Shown here: positions 34,885-45,188 of the stretch, in pieces | Layout of the letters: each line of letters opens with the position of its first letter | How positions within the stretch are numbered: position 1 is the first letter of the stretch | Assembly: GCA_035430005.1 (NCBI GenBank) | Contig: DAOMFV010000002.1 | Location: forward strand, 27,283 to 91,282 | Reading direction: 5' to 3' | DNA: 64,000 nt | From: Gemmatales bacterium | Lineage (GTDB): Bacteria > Planctomycetota > Planctomycetia > Gemmatales > HRBIN36 | Translations under genes and position numbers: made by a program | Notes under the pieces: model-generated | The model's database searches: none | Seen by the model: the letters and a program-made list of their open reading frames with translations, nothing else | What the model was told of the DNA's origin: nothing

Positions 34885-35445
34885 TTATTCGATCATCGCT
34901 GACAGTTCTTTGGTGACCGTCTCGACGTCTTTCGCAGTGAACTTCTCGAAAGCGTGATTGGATTTGACTTTCTTGCTCTTGTAAAGGATCGCCGTTACGG
35001 CTGCTTCTTTGGCAATTTTGTAGTCTTCAGGGCCTTTTGGTCCATCGAGTGCAAGGCTGACATTTTTGACGTTATTAGTCTTCTTGAACTGCTTGATCTT
35101 TTCCTTCATGTCATCGCCGGCAGCCAGGAAGATGATGACTGCTGATACTTTGTCTTTTCCAATCCTGGCAACTTCGGCATCAAGCTTCTTGACCAAACTG
35201 GCCAAGGCGTCGTCGGTTTCGCGTGCGAAGACCAAAGCGACTGATTTACTGCCGAGCTGTCAGATGAAGCAACTCTCTTTGCCATTCCTGCTGGGGCTGT
35301 CGGCATTGTAGATATTCAGGGGATCAAATGGTGTGACCCCCGTACCCGGCTGCGGGCCGGACTTCAAATCACCAGCCAGTACGACAGTCGCACAGACTAT
35401 CATGCCTGCCAGCGTTCCGCAGATGAAACTGCGTCGCGTCTTCAT
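34885..35445 (-). CDS. Secreted thioredoxin-like putative selenoprotein (CxxU, U62)
   Basis: NGKESCFI-TGA(35260-35262)-QLGSKSVALVFAR aligns with NGKENCLVCQYGDKPVAMIFTR of 23529..24089. Confidence 0.88.
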
Positions 35446-35610
35446 GCTTCTCTCCGTGAAATGAGAAAGAGACCTTGAGTTGCAATCGACCCCCAGCATT
35501 GCAACTCTCATGTAATCATTTAACAACGTATCTCATAAAAGATAACTCGAATGAGAATGAAGCACACGACTTCGTCTTGAAATACGCAGTACCTGTCCTA
35601 AGCCAACAGC

Positions 35611-36390
35611 ATGAGCGACAACATGCATGAAATCAGTAGGACAAAGTCCACAGGCCGTGGCTACATGTGGTTTGGCATCTTAGTGACCATCCTAGGCGTG
35701 GTGACATACGCTATGCTTTTGATGGGGGCTCAACTTCTTCACACACCCTGGTATGCACCCATACTGGCCATTATCGGCGTTGGACTGACCTTCATCGCAG
35801 TCCGGCGCAAACCCGGAGTGTGGCGTTATACTGCACTGCTTTTCTGCTGTCTGCTTGTCGTTGCTGAATTGATGTTCTTGTTCTCGTTTACCAAGCTGCC
35901 AAAATATGCAGGGCCTGCTGTAGCCGGTCAACAATTCCCTGAGTTTACTACAAAGCTTGCAGACAACATGGCATTTTCAAACAACGACTTCGTCGGCCAA
36001 AAGAGTACGGCGTTGATCTTTTACCGTGGACACTGGTGAACGATTTGTATGATCGAGCTAGTTAAGCTCGAAGAACAACATAAAGAGTTCGATGCACGAA
36101 ATACTCGCATTATCGCAGTTTCACTTGATGGCCTTGAAGATAGTTCAAAGACACAAGCGAAGTTTCCCCATTTAGTGATTGCCTCTGACTCGGATCAAAA
36201 GCTGGCTAAAGCTGCTGACGTTCTTGGCCCACATCGTGCGCCAGACGGCAAAGAGACGACGGCACCCACCACAGTGCTAATTGACAATAAAGGCGTAGTG
36301 CGTTGGGTCTTTCGTCCAGATGCCTTCATCACAAGACTGTCTGCTGTAGATTTGCTTGCCAAGGTTGACGAATACCTAAATAAAGATTAA
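35611..36390 (+). CDS. Membrane-anchored (about 3 TM) AhpC/TSA redoxin, putative selenoprotein (U143, UxxC)
   Basis: LIFYRGHW-TGA(36037-36039)-TIC joins two in-frame ORFs. Confidence 0.88.
36053..36071 (+). promoter_or_regulatory. SECIS-like hairpin
   Basis: TCGAGCT-AGTTA-AGCTCGA starting 14 nt after the TGA. Confidence 0.62.
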
Positions 36391-36408
36391 TCCAAGTACC
36401 CGGTTCGG

Positions 36409-36576
36409 TCACTCTTCGTAAATCAGGCATTCGTGGCCGAACTGCACACCCTTCTTTGCCATTGTCTCCTTGAGGTTGTGAACCTGCATCACACCAAAGT
36501 GATTGGCCACCACGGCATTCTGCAAGGCAGCTGCAGCTTCACTCACGTTTTTCGCTGTAGTAAGTTTGAAAAGCAT
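36409..36576 (-). pseudogene. DUF302-like gene remnant (frameshifted and truncated)
   Basis: MLFKLTTAK / VSEAAAALQNAVVANHFGVMQVHNLKETMAKKGVQFGHECLIYE then stop; AAGGAG RBS. Confidence 0.65.
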
Positions 36577-36657
36577 GGGCTCTCCTTCTGGTTGAGTAGT
36601 TCACAAGGTAGACGGTTAGTATGCATTTCTTTGTTAGCAAAGGGTGTAATTGGCAGA

Positions 36658-38415
36658 TTACTGCATCTCTGTTAGTTTCTTCAAGGCTTCCACACCGATA
36701 GGTGGTTCTATCTGCCAAGGTATAAGAGCGGTTCGTTTGGCTTGTTCATTCACTACTTCCTGAATGAATGGGTATTCGTGTTGCTGTCTGATTAGCAACA
36801 TGGGGTCGGTAACGGTTAGAGGAGTCAGGCTTTGACTGATGACCCAGGCAAAAGGCTCAACTTCAGCTCGACGCAAATCACGTTGAAGTTGGGCAGCTTC
36901 GTGGACTGGAGTTGCTTCGGGTAAGGTAACAAGGAGCACACGAGTGAACTGGCCATCACGCAAACGAGGAAGCAGTTGTTGAACGCTTTCAGGCATCTGG
37001 CTCGATTGACGACTTACTTCACGATGATATGCCAAGGCAGAATCCAGGAGCAGAATAGTGTGGCCAGTAGGTGCAGTATCCAGCACGACAAAACGATCTT
37101 TGCCTTCTGAGACAGCATCCGCAAAGGCACGAAATACTGCAATTTCCTCAGTGCATGGTGATCGTAGATCTTCAGCCAGAAGTGCTTTGCCTTGTTCGTC
37201 GAGGCCTGCTCCGGCTTGAAGCATCACTTCTTTGGAGTACTTGGCAGTCTCCACCATCGGATCGATTCGGCTCACCGTGATATTAGGAATCGCTTTGTCT
37301 GCCATGGCAGCAGCAATATGCGCAGCGGGATCAGTCGTAGTAAGATGCACACGATGACCTCGAGCGGCCAAGGCCACTGCAATAGCTGCAGCTACCGTGG
37401 TTTTGCCTACGCCACCTTTACCCATGGCAAGAATGACGCCATGTCCCGGTGCCGCAAGATCATCGATCAAATGGCCTAACAATGGAGGCAGTGGGAATGA
37501 TGATAGATGTGAAGAGATCACAGCGGGGCTAACAGAGCCAGTGCCAAAGGTGCGAAGAGAAGCAATGCCTAGTACTCCCCCATTGGCAAACGGGATCAGC
37601 GTACATGGTAGATGTGCCAATTCTTCGGGCATGTTGCCAATGGCAGTTTCTGCGCGTTTCTCCATGGCGACAGCAATCGGGTCATTCATGTCGGTGGCAT
37701 GGAATATGCCATTTAAGACGAGATGCTGGTTGCTGACACCAAGTCCAGAGAGTTCTTTGCTCGTCCGAGCCGCTTCTCGAAACGCGGTGCTTTCTGCCCG
37801 AGTGACTAGCACCAAGGTTGTCGCTAGTGGATCGCTTAATGCACTGACGGTCTGGTAATAGAGTTGCTGCTGAGATTGCAGGCCGGCCAATGGGCCCAAG
37901 CAAGATGTTCCAGTAGTGTTCTTCTCCATAAAGCCCGACCATGCAGAGGGCAATGTCAGCAACCTGAGGGTATGCCCCGTGGGAGCGGTATCGAAGATGA
38001 CATGATCAAACTCGGAAGTCGCTGAGGCATCGCCAAGTAAGCGGGAGAACTCGTCGAAAGCAGCAATTTCCAGGGTGCAGGAACCGGAGAACTGTTCCTC
38101 CATGCTGGCTACAGCTTCTGCCGGCAATAGCGAACGATAAGGGCCGACCATGCGTTCACGGTATTCCCTGGCAGACGCCTCAGGATCGAGATTCATGGCG
38201 AACAGCCGGGGGACGCCAGGCACCTCTGTGGGGTGATTTCCCAGTTTGGTCTTAAGAACCTCATCCAGGTTGGAGGCAGGGTCCGTGGAAACCAGCAGAA
38301 CCCGTTTGCCTGCATCTGCCAGTCGAACTGCGGTAGCACAGGCAACGGAGGTTTTGCCTACGCCCCCTTTGCCGGTAAAGAACAAATGTCGTGTCGGTTG
38401 CTTCAGATATTCCAT
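36658..38415 (-). CDS. arsA: Arsenical pump-driving ATPase
   Basis: Two GKGGVGKT P-loops and two DTAPTGHT signatures. Confidence 0.95.
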   Translation of the reverse strand: MEYLKQPTRHLFFTGKGGVGKTSVACATAVRLADAGKRVLLVSTDPASNLDEVLKTKLGNHPTEVPGVPRLFAMNLDPEASAREYRERMVGPYRSLLPAEAVASMEEQFSGSCTLEIAAFDEFSRLLGDASATSEFDHVIFDTAPTGHTLRLLTLPSAWSGFMEKNTTGTSCLGPLAGLQSQQQLYYQTVSALSDPLATTLVLVTRAESTAFREAARTSKELSGLGVSNQHLVLNGIFHATDMNDPIAVAMEKRAETAIGNMPEELAHLPCTLIPFANGGVLGIASLRTFGTGSVSPAVISSHLSSFPLPPLLGHLIDDLAAPGHGVILAMGKGGVGKTTVAAAIAVALAARGHRVHLTTTDPAAHIAAAMADKAIPNITVSRIDPMVETAKYSKEVMLQAGAGLDEQGKALLAEDLRSPCTEEIAVFRAFADAVSEGKDRFVVLDTAPTGHTILLLDSALAYHREVSRQSSQMPESVQQLLPRLRDGQFTRVLLVTLPEATPVHEAAQLQRDLRRAEVEPFAWVISQSLTPLTVTDPMLLIRQQHEYPFIQEVVNEQAKRTALIPWQIEPPIGVEALKKLTEMQ

Positions 38416-38441
38416 GTTAACTTTCGCAGTACGAGTATTGG

Positions 38442-38810
38442 TTAGCATGGTTTGCCACCACAACAACTGGCGGTGTCTTCTGTCATGGGCAGGGAGTTAT
38501 CCTGCTTGGCACCTCCGGTCCATAACGAGAGCAATTCACGTGTTGGGTAACCGCGTTGGCTGACCACGTGGCCATCTACCACAATGACAGGCAGGCATTT
38601 AGTCCCCTGCGAGGCAAGTAGCTTATGAATGGTATCATTCTTGGTGAATGCATCTGGCTGTTGTGCCAGGTTGAAACGATCCACCTGATGACCTTGCGAT
38701 CGCAGCCATTCGAGATCGGCAGCAAAGCGAGGGAGAACAGGATCGATCTGTGGTCCACATACACCGGTCGAGCAGCACATGGGTTTGTCGTAGATTTGGA
38801 TATTCTTCAT
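38442..38810 (-). CDS. arsD: Arsenite metallochaperone
   Basis: MCCSTGVCG, RFNLAQQP, C-terminal CC. Confidence 0.95.
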   Translation of the reverse strand: MKNIQIYDKPMCCSTGVCGPQIDPVLPRFAADLEWLRSQGHQVDRFNLAQQPDAFTKNDTIHKLLASQGTKCLPVIVVDGHVVSQRGYPTRELLSLWTGGAKQDNSLPMTEDTASCCGGKPC

Positions 38811-38930
38811 GGATTGGTTCCTTGCTTAAGAAGGGGCTAGTTTCAGTGAAGCAATCAGTTCCTTATCTTTCGTGTCGAATGGTTGCAAATCTCTCTGAGG
38901 TGGTTGAGCCTCTCCCGTGGTTGTCTTTCG

Positions 38931-39284
38931 TCACGTAAGAACCCGACCCGTTCTGATTTTATGCTGTCGAATCGCAAGATTCCTAAGTAGATTCAACACA
39001 ACTGTGATCAGTTCCCGCACCTGGGCATCCTTTATCCCGTACATGACTTTTTTCGCGTTTCTCTCTTTACTTACTATTCCAGCTGAATGCAGTACTTTCA
39101 TGTGTTCAGAAATAGTAGGCTGCTTTGCATTTAGTGATTGAACGATCTCATTTACGAAATGTGGCCCATCAAGCAATTCCTGGAGAATAAGAACTCGTGT
39201 GCTATTCGCCATAGCTTTCAGGGTTATCACGGGATCAAGATTTCCATGCTTCAGTATCAAAGATGAACCTGCTTTACCAAACAC
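38931..39284 (-). CDS. ArsR/SmtB family regulator
   Basis: LKAMANSTRVLIL, QPTISEHMKVL..AGIV. Confidence 0.82.
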   Translation of the reverse strand: MFGKAGSSLILKHGNLDPVITLKAMANSTRVLILQELLDGPHFVNEIVQSLNAKQPTISEHMKVLHSAGIVSKERNAKKVMYGIKDAQVRELITVVLNLLRNLAIRQHKIRTGRVLT

Positions 39285-39815
39285 TTAGGTGTTAACTTTA
39301 TCTTGTGCCATATGCTCAAGGAAAAAGTCATCTCCCTGCAGAGCGATATAGGTTTCAACAAACTCGAGAATCCGTTCATCGAGCCAGGTCGCAATGACTT
39401 CTTCATTCACTTGATTAAGTGGTAATTCTAACCGCTTATGGCCGTCAAACTTCATCAATGCCGGAATAATCGTGAGATCATAATCGAGGATCATCTGGCG
39501 GACATCTTTGTCAGGGCCAGCTGAGAACTTCAGTTCCACTTTGTATTTGTCTGAGGCAAAGGCAAAAGTTGATTCGCGTGAATGTGGCTGGATGACGGGC
39601 TTTACCTGCACCAGGTTGGAGAATTGTTCCACTAACGATTGCAGTCGAGGTCGCCAAACAAGGCAGAATTGATCGACGGTGGCATCGAACTGCGCAAGTC
39701 GTTTCTTCAGCTCGTCCTGATCATGCAGATACTCTTGCCGTCGTTCTGCAGCACGTGTTGCTGCTGCAGCAAGTGTTGAGCTGATTTTCTCTTTGAGGCC
39801 ATGGATATCCGACAT
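39285..39815 (-). CDS. Hypothetical protein
   Basis: 176-aa ORF in operon with RBS. Confidence 0.65.
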   Translation of the reverse strand: MSDIHGLKEKISSTLAAAATRAAERRQEYLHDQDELKKRLAQFDATVDQFCLVWRPRLQSLVEQFSNLVQVKPVIQPHSRESTFAFASDKYKVELKFSAGPDKDVRQMILDYDLTIIPALMKFDGHKRLELPLNQVNEEVIATWLDERILEFVETYIALQGDDFFLEHMAQDKVNT

Positions 39816-39836
39816 TGTTATTCCTTTTCATGGGAT

Positions 39837-42800
39837 TTACTTCGAAGCAATTGTCTGCGGTTCATTCCCGACGTAAGCCAGCCAGTAACTCACTGGGATC
39901 ACGAACAACGTGAAGATCGTGGAAGCGATCAAGCCGAAGATCAACGCCCAGCCCAAACCGGAGAAGATCGGGTCCAAAGTGATTGGCAAGCTGGAAAGCA
40001 TAGCTGCGCTTGCAGTCAGCAGGATAGGCCGCAAGCGGACCACACGGCTCTCCATGATCGCATCAAAGAGTGGCCGTCCCCGCTTCACGGCTTGGTGAAT
40101 GAAGTCCACCAGGATGATAGAGTCACGGGTGACGATGCCTGACAAGGCAATCATCCCGATCATGGCTGTTGCAGTAAAGTAAACTGGATCAGCAAATCCA
40201 CCCACGGATTGTCCCATCATGGTGTTCAGGAGGTAGAAACCTGGCATGACCCCCAGTACGGTTAAGGGGATAGCTAGCATGACAATCAGAGGAATCAGGA
40301 ACGACCCTGTTTGAGCGACCAGGATGATGTAAATCATGATCATGGCGGCACCGAAAGCGAGCCCCAGATCGCGGAAGACATCAAGCGTGATCTTCCATTC
40401 CCCTTCACCTGCAAACTCAACTCGAATGCCTTCTGGAACCCCCCAAGCTATGTCGCTGCCATTGGAATAATAGGTGCGTTTGTTAACCGCTCGAGGATTA
40501 CCTTTTGCAACGAATCCTTTCGCCTTTCCTTCTTGCTTATCGACAGAGACATCGACGATGCACTCAGCAGGCGGTCGGCCAGCTGTTTCGCCGAAGACAT
40601 AAACCACACGTTCCAGGTTTTTGTGATAGATAGTTTGATCGACTTTGCTTTTCTTCCAGACTCCCAGCTCTGCTAGCGGTACCAGTTGGCCATGACTTCC
40701 TTTAATGTTCAAATAAGACAAGTCAGGCAAACTCGACCGAATGGTTCGAGGCAGTCGAACTACAATCCTAAGTGGCTGTCTTTCCCCTTCGACTCGTACC
40801 ATTTCGTAGTTGTCACCATTCAAAGCAAGTCGGATGGTTTCAGCCAACTCTGCGATGGAGATGCCTGCCAGGGCTGCCTTTTCCTGATCAGGCACAAAGA
40901 TCTGCTTGGTGACCAGTGCCTCACGAACGTCATCGACATCCACGATTCCTGGTTCCACAGCGAACCTCTGTTTAACAATGTCTGCGGCTGCTAAGAGTTG
41001 ATCGTATGTGTTCTCAGCTTCTCCATAAACTTCAGCCACAACTGATGCCAGAACAGGTGGTCCGGGAGGCAGTTCGACAATCCTAAGTGTGGTGTTATGT
41101 TTATTGGCAATGGCAGTGAGATCATTTCGCATCCGAAGTGCCAGGGCATGGCTTTGTAGTTTGCGGTACTTTTTGGGAACCAAGTTAAGACGAATCTCAG
41201 CAAGATGCGAGCCCTGCCGTAGGTAGTAATGGCGAACAAGGCCATTGAAATCGATTGGACTATTGACGCCAATGAAACTGGAATAGTCAGTCACTTCAGG
41301 AACGCTGGCTAGATAAGCTTCAAAATCTTGAACGACAGCACTGGTTCTTTCGAGGGTAGTACCTTCATCCTGATCCAGCACCAGCAGAAGTTCATTCTTG
41401 TTATCAAAGGGCAACATTTTGAGTGGAACGGAACGAGTGGCTGCCAGGCCCATGGCAGCCACCGTTAATACTCCGATGATCAGCAGAAAGAACCCTGCTC
41501 GCCATTTCGATGTCAGCAGCGGCTTCATCAAAGGAAGGAAGAGCCTGTACAGCAGAGTCTTCTTGATTCCTTCGGGATCGTAACTTTCTTGATGTCCCCC
41601 CGTACTAGCAGATGAGGATTCCTCTGTCGGCTTTGGGTATTTTCGTTTGAGCATGACGTAGCTCAGCCAGGGGGTAATGGTAAAAGCCACGACCATGGAC
41701 ATGAACATGGAGACAGGAACATTTAGTGCCATGGGTGCCATGTAGGGCCCCATCATCCCGGTGATGAAGAACATCGGCAGAAAGCTGACGATGACCGCAA
41801 GAGTAGCACTAATGAGCGGAGGCCGAATCTCAGCTACAGCTTCGAGCACAATCCTATGTGATGCAGCCTTGCGTTCTTCGAAATGACGTTCGATGTTCTC
41901 GACATCGACGATGGGATCATCTACAAGCAAACCAAGCGCCAGGATCAGAGCAAAGAGTGTGACCCGGTTAATTGTGTAGCCAAAGAGCAGATTGACTGCG
42001 AGAGTCAGGCCAAAGACTACCGGAATGGCAATGGCTACCACGATGGCTGCACGCCAGCCCATGCTGAGTGTCAACAGGGCAATCACAATCAGAATGGCCA
42101 CACCCAAAGCTTCTACCAGTTCGTTGACTTTCTCGTCAGCTGTCTGGCCATAGTTCCGAGTGATGACCAGTTCGACATTTTCGGGTAGGACTTTTTCCTT
42201 GAGTGTTTCAGCATACTTCATGATGCGATCAGCAATGGCTACTGCATTCGTGCCTTTCTTCTTGGCCAGCGCAATGGTGACAGCTGGCTTAGAATCCTCG
42301 ATCTTGGTTGTACCATGATCTTGTTCGGCTCCAATCATCGTGCCCGGGCTGCCTGGATGAGTGACAAAACCACGCGCTGGCCCCCAGCCATGGCGCATCA
42401 TGGTCGTCATTTCATCGGGACCATCACGAACAGTTGCAACATCTTTCAAGAAAACAGGGCGATCCAGAAAGACGCCAACGACAAGATTTCTCAGTTGCTG
42501 AGGATTGGTAATTCCAACGCCGGCCTCAACGCTGAATGTCACATCACCTTTCGTGAAGTCTCCCGCAGGGATGGTGATATTGGCGCCAGCCAGGGCTTTG
42601 CGTACTTCCAATGGACTCAGCGAGAAGGCCTGCATTTTATCGGGATCAAGATCGATACGAACCGCTCGTGAGACCCCTCCTGTCACGAAGGCACGGGAGA
42701 TATCAGGGATGGAAGAGAACCGTTCTACCAATTCCTCACCGATACGGCGAAGAGAATAGGAGTCACCGCCAGTCAATGCCAGCGTAACGATAGGAACATC

Positions 42801-43256
42801 ATCAATCTCAATAGGCTTGATTACCCACCCTGTCACGCCACGCGGGATCAGATCAACATTCTCGTTGATCTTCTTGTTCAGTTTGACGAGGCTGCGTTCC
42901 CGATCCTGCCCTACGAAAAACCGGACCGTGATAATAGCCTGGTTTTCACGAGACATGCTGTAGACGTATTCGACGCCATCGATCTGGTAGAGAAATCTCT
43001 CCAGCGGGGTTGATACCAGTTGTTCTACTTCATGAGCCGAATGGCCGGGGAAGTTGACAAAGATGTCGGCCAGGGGAACAACAATCTGGGGATCTTCTTC
43101 ACGGGGAGTGATGTAGAGAACTGCAAGCCCCACCAGCATCGAAAAAACAATCAGGATGATCGAAAGTTTGGAATCGAGGAAGATGCGAACCAGCCAGGTG
43201 AGCAGATCGTCACGCTCGGTACCTTGGGCTGTTTTGTTAATCGGTACATCCTGCAT
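39837..43256 (-). CDS. RND efflux permease (AcrB family)
   Basis: PREEDPQI, GLLVDDPIVDVENI, RLRPILLT. Confidence 0.93.
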   Translation of the reverse strand: MQDVPINKTAQGTERDDLLTWLVRIFLDSKLSIILIVFSMLVGLAVLYITPREEDPQIVVPLADIFVNFPGHSAHEVEQLVSTPLERFLYQIDGVEYVYSMSRENQAIITVRFFVGQDRERSLVKLNKKINENVDLIPRGVTGWVIKPIEIDDVPIVTLALTGGDSYSLRRIGEELVERFSSIPDISRAFVTGGVSRAVRIDLDPDKMQAFSLSPLEVRKALAGANITIPAGDFTKGDVTFSVEAGVGITNPQQLRNLVVGVFLDRPVFLKDVATVRDGPDEMTTMMRHGWGPARGFVTHPGSPGTMIGAEQDHGTTKIEDSKPAVTIALAKKKGTNAVAIADRIMKYAETLKEKVLPENVELVITRNYGQTADEKVNELVEALGVAILIVIALLTLSMGWRAAIVVAIAIPVVFGLTLAVNLLFGYTINRVTLFALILALGLLVDDPIVDVENIERHFEERKAASHRIVLEAVAEIRPPLISATLAVIVSFLPMFFITGMMGPYMAPMALNVPVSMFMSMVVAFTITPWLSYVMLKRKYPKPTEESSSASTGGHQESYDPEGIKKTLLYRLFLPLMKPLLTSKWRAGFFLLIIGVLTVAAMGLAATRSVPLKMLPFDNKNELLLVLDQDEGTTLERTSAVVQDFEAYLASVPEVTDYSSFIGVNSPIDFNGLVRHYYLRQGSHLAEIRLNLVPKKYRKLQSHALALRMRNDLTAIANKHNTTLRIVELPPGPPVLASVVAEVYGEAENTYDQLLAAADIVKQRFAVEPGIVDVDDVREALVTKQIFVPDQEKAALAGISIAELAETIRLALNGDNYEMVRVEGERQPLRIVVRLPRTIRSSLPDLSYLNIKGSHGQLVPLAELGVWKKSKVDQTIYHKNLERVVYVFGETAGRPPAECIVDVSVDKQEGKAKGFVAKGNPRAVNKRTYYSNGSDIAWGVPEGIRVEFAGEGEWKITLDVFRDLGLAFGAAMIMIYIILVAQTGSFLIPLIVMLAIPLTVLGVMPGFYLLNTMMGQSVGGFADPVYFTATAMIGMIALSGIVTRDSIILVDFIHQAVKRGRPLFDAIMESRVVRLRPILLTASAAMLSSLPITLDPIFSGLGWALIFGLIASTIFTLFVIPVSYWLAYVGNEPQTIASK

Positions 43257-44341
43257 TAGCGGCTTCCTTCGCTGGAGGTTTCGGAAGAACGTAACGCCAC
43301 TTTCTCGCCAGTACTGAGCCCTGAAAGAACTTCGTAGTCGCCATTCTGCAAGCGTCCCAGTTGCACGATTCGCCGATGCACAGCATTGCCTGTCACGACA
43401 TCGACCATATCGAGTTGGCCGACACGGTAGATAGCGGCTTGCGGTACCACCACCACCGTCTCATCTCCCAGTGGGATGGAGATGCGTCCGAACATGCCAC
43501 TATAGATTCCCGGAGGACATGGGCCAGACACTTTGACGATGAATGATCGACTGGAAGCCTGGGCTTCAGGAACGATCTCTGTGATTGTGGCATCGCATGT
43601 GTAATTAAGTGCATCGAGCCTGGTTGGGATAACTTGACCAACCTTCAGCTTCAGTGCCATGGATTCACGTACGGTGGCCAGAAGTTGCATACGTGTTGGA
43701 TCGTAAACAGTGAACAACACCTGGCCAGGGATTACTGTATCACCCACTTCAACACGTTTATCAATCACGATACCGCTCATGGGTGCACGAATCGTGGCAT
43801 AACTCAGGATGATCGTTGCTTCGTTCACGAGCTGTTTTGTACGTTCAACTTCAGCTTTGGCTCCTTTGCCTTCACGTGTGATGGCATCGTACTCTGCTTC
43901 CGAGATAGCTTGGCTCTTACGCAGGTTATTGGCACGGACCAGATCAATATTTGACTTCTCCAGTGAAGCAACGGCAGACGACGCAGCAGCTTCGGCCTGT
44001 TTCAGTCTTGCAATTAAGTCTGAATCATCCAGGCGAACCAGGATTTCATCCTTAGTCACAGGCTGCCCGGCCTTGATCTTGACTTCCATCACCCGAGCGA
44101 GAATCTTCGAAGCTACTGCGGATTCTTGAACTGCTCGAATTGTGCCAATAGCACTCTCGAACCGCTGCCAGGGAACGGATCGGACATCGGCCACTTGCCC
44201 TGTAAATGACTTCGCAGCCACACTTGAATTGTCAGGTGATGAGCTGATCTTCTTCTTGAAATATCCAGCGAGTGCCAACATCAGAACGGCAATACCACCA
44301 ATCATGAGCAGGCTTAGCAAGATTTGTCTGGTCACACGCAT
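43256..44341 (-). CDS. RND periplasmic adaptor (MFP)
   Basis: IRAPMSGIV, lipoyl-like and alpha-hairpin pattern, EVLSGL..GE. Confidence 0.92.
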   Translation of the reverse strand: MRVTRQILLSLLMIGGIAVLMLALAGYFKKKISSSPDNSSVAAKSFTGQVADVRSVPWQRFESAIGTIRAVQESAVASKILARVMEVKIKAGQPVTKDEILVRLDDSDLIARLKQAEAAASSAVASLEKSNIDLVRANNLRKSQAISEAEYDAITREGKGAKAEVERTKQLVNEATIILSYATIRAPMSGIVIDKRVEVGDTVIPGQVLFTVYDPTRMQLLATVRESMALKLKVGQVIPTRLDALNYTCDATITEIVPEAQASSRSFIVKVSGPCPPGIYSGMFGRISIPLGDETVVVVPQAAIYRVGQLDMVDVVTGNAVHRRIVQLGRLQNGDYEVLSGLSTGEKVALRSSETSSEGSR

Positions 44342-44371
44342 CGGTATTCTCGCTTGGACTCATGGTCAGTG

Positions 44372-44929
44372 TCACAGCTTGTCAGACCGTTTGGTTTTTC
44401 GCACAGCTTCAAGCAGTTGAGTAATGGAAGGACGATCCGTGGGATCGGCGCTGCGGTAGGCAAAGACGAGACGGCGAGTCTGATCTATTACGAAATCGCC
44501 CCCAAGTTGTAAAAGGTCCTCATTCTTCACTGGTCTCCGGACTCTCCAACCCTGGAACATACGTACAAGATAACTCCCGATTACCTTGAACGAGAGAAAC
44601 ATCCTGGCCTTGCCTGGTAGTAGACCAAAGTCGCGGTAAACCTGACGTTCCGGATCACAAACCACAGGGAATGGCTTAGGATCGTCTTCCAAGCGTATCC
44701 GCAAATGCTCCGGACGACTTTGCGTTACCACGACGAGTTCTCCCCCCATGGCTCGTATCTCCTGCAAATGCTCCTGCACCTCGCCGAGGTGTGCCTGGCA
44801 GAGGATTCACATGAGATGCCGATAGAAGATCAGTATCATCGGCCCCGAAGCGAATCCGGAAAGCCTGACCATGCTTCCATCAGGTCGAATGAAAGAGTGA
44901 TCATGGACGATGTCACCATTCGAATACAT
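44372..44929 (-). CDS. Peroxiredoxin-like (PRXL2/SelL-related) putative selenoprotein (U41, UxxC)
   Basis: Manual translation MYSNGDIVHDHSFIRPDGSMVRLSGFASGPMILIFYRHLM-TGA(44807-44809)-ILCQAHL, continuing into ORF 44372..44779 (QLGGDFVID, DPTDRP). Confidence 0.87.
44777..44791 (-). promoter_or_regulatory. SECIS-like hairpin
   Basis: CACCTC-GGC-GAGGTG starting 16 nt after the TGA. Confidence 0.62.
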
Positions 44930-44930
44930 G

Positions 44931-45167
44931 TCATCGTTCCATGGGTTTTTGTTCGTTGATTGGCTGAGTTGATTCAGCAGGAGTGTCTATTGGCCGCGAC
45001 CGCGGCGTGCATTGCCCTCTGAGTCAGCTCTTCACCCCAAACATGGGAAGTATCCAAAGCTGGATTATGAAATACAGTGCGATAAACCCCAGGGGCATGA
45101 GGTAGTCCATCAGTTGTTTCCTCTTGGAAGTGGAGAGAGTTTGCTTCTCTGTTTGGTTATTGTCCAT
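44931..45167 (-). CDS. Small (78 aa) single-TM putative selenoprotein, UxxxxC
   Basis: AGGAG RBS; ...FIIQLWILPMFGVKS-TGA(45024-45026)-LRGQCTP...MER; read-through stop lies 1 nt before the next ATG. Confidence 0.72.
44993..45006 (-). promoter_or_regulatory. SECIS-like hairpin
   Basis: GCCGC-GGTC-GCGGC starting 18 nt after the TGA. Confidence 0.62.
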
Positions 45168-45188
45168 GATTCGCTCCTATATGACTTG

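Noticed and set aside
36540..36550. Early TGA in the DUF302 remnant as Sec
   Set aside because: The family-like sequence continues in a different frame, so this is a frameshift
38826..38933. Readthrough of the arsR TGA, which would add 34 codons up to the arsD RBS
   Set aside because: The ArsR domain is already complete, there is no Cys-type context and no compact hairpin like the other six
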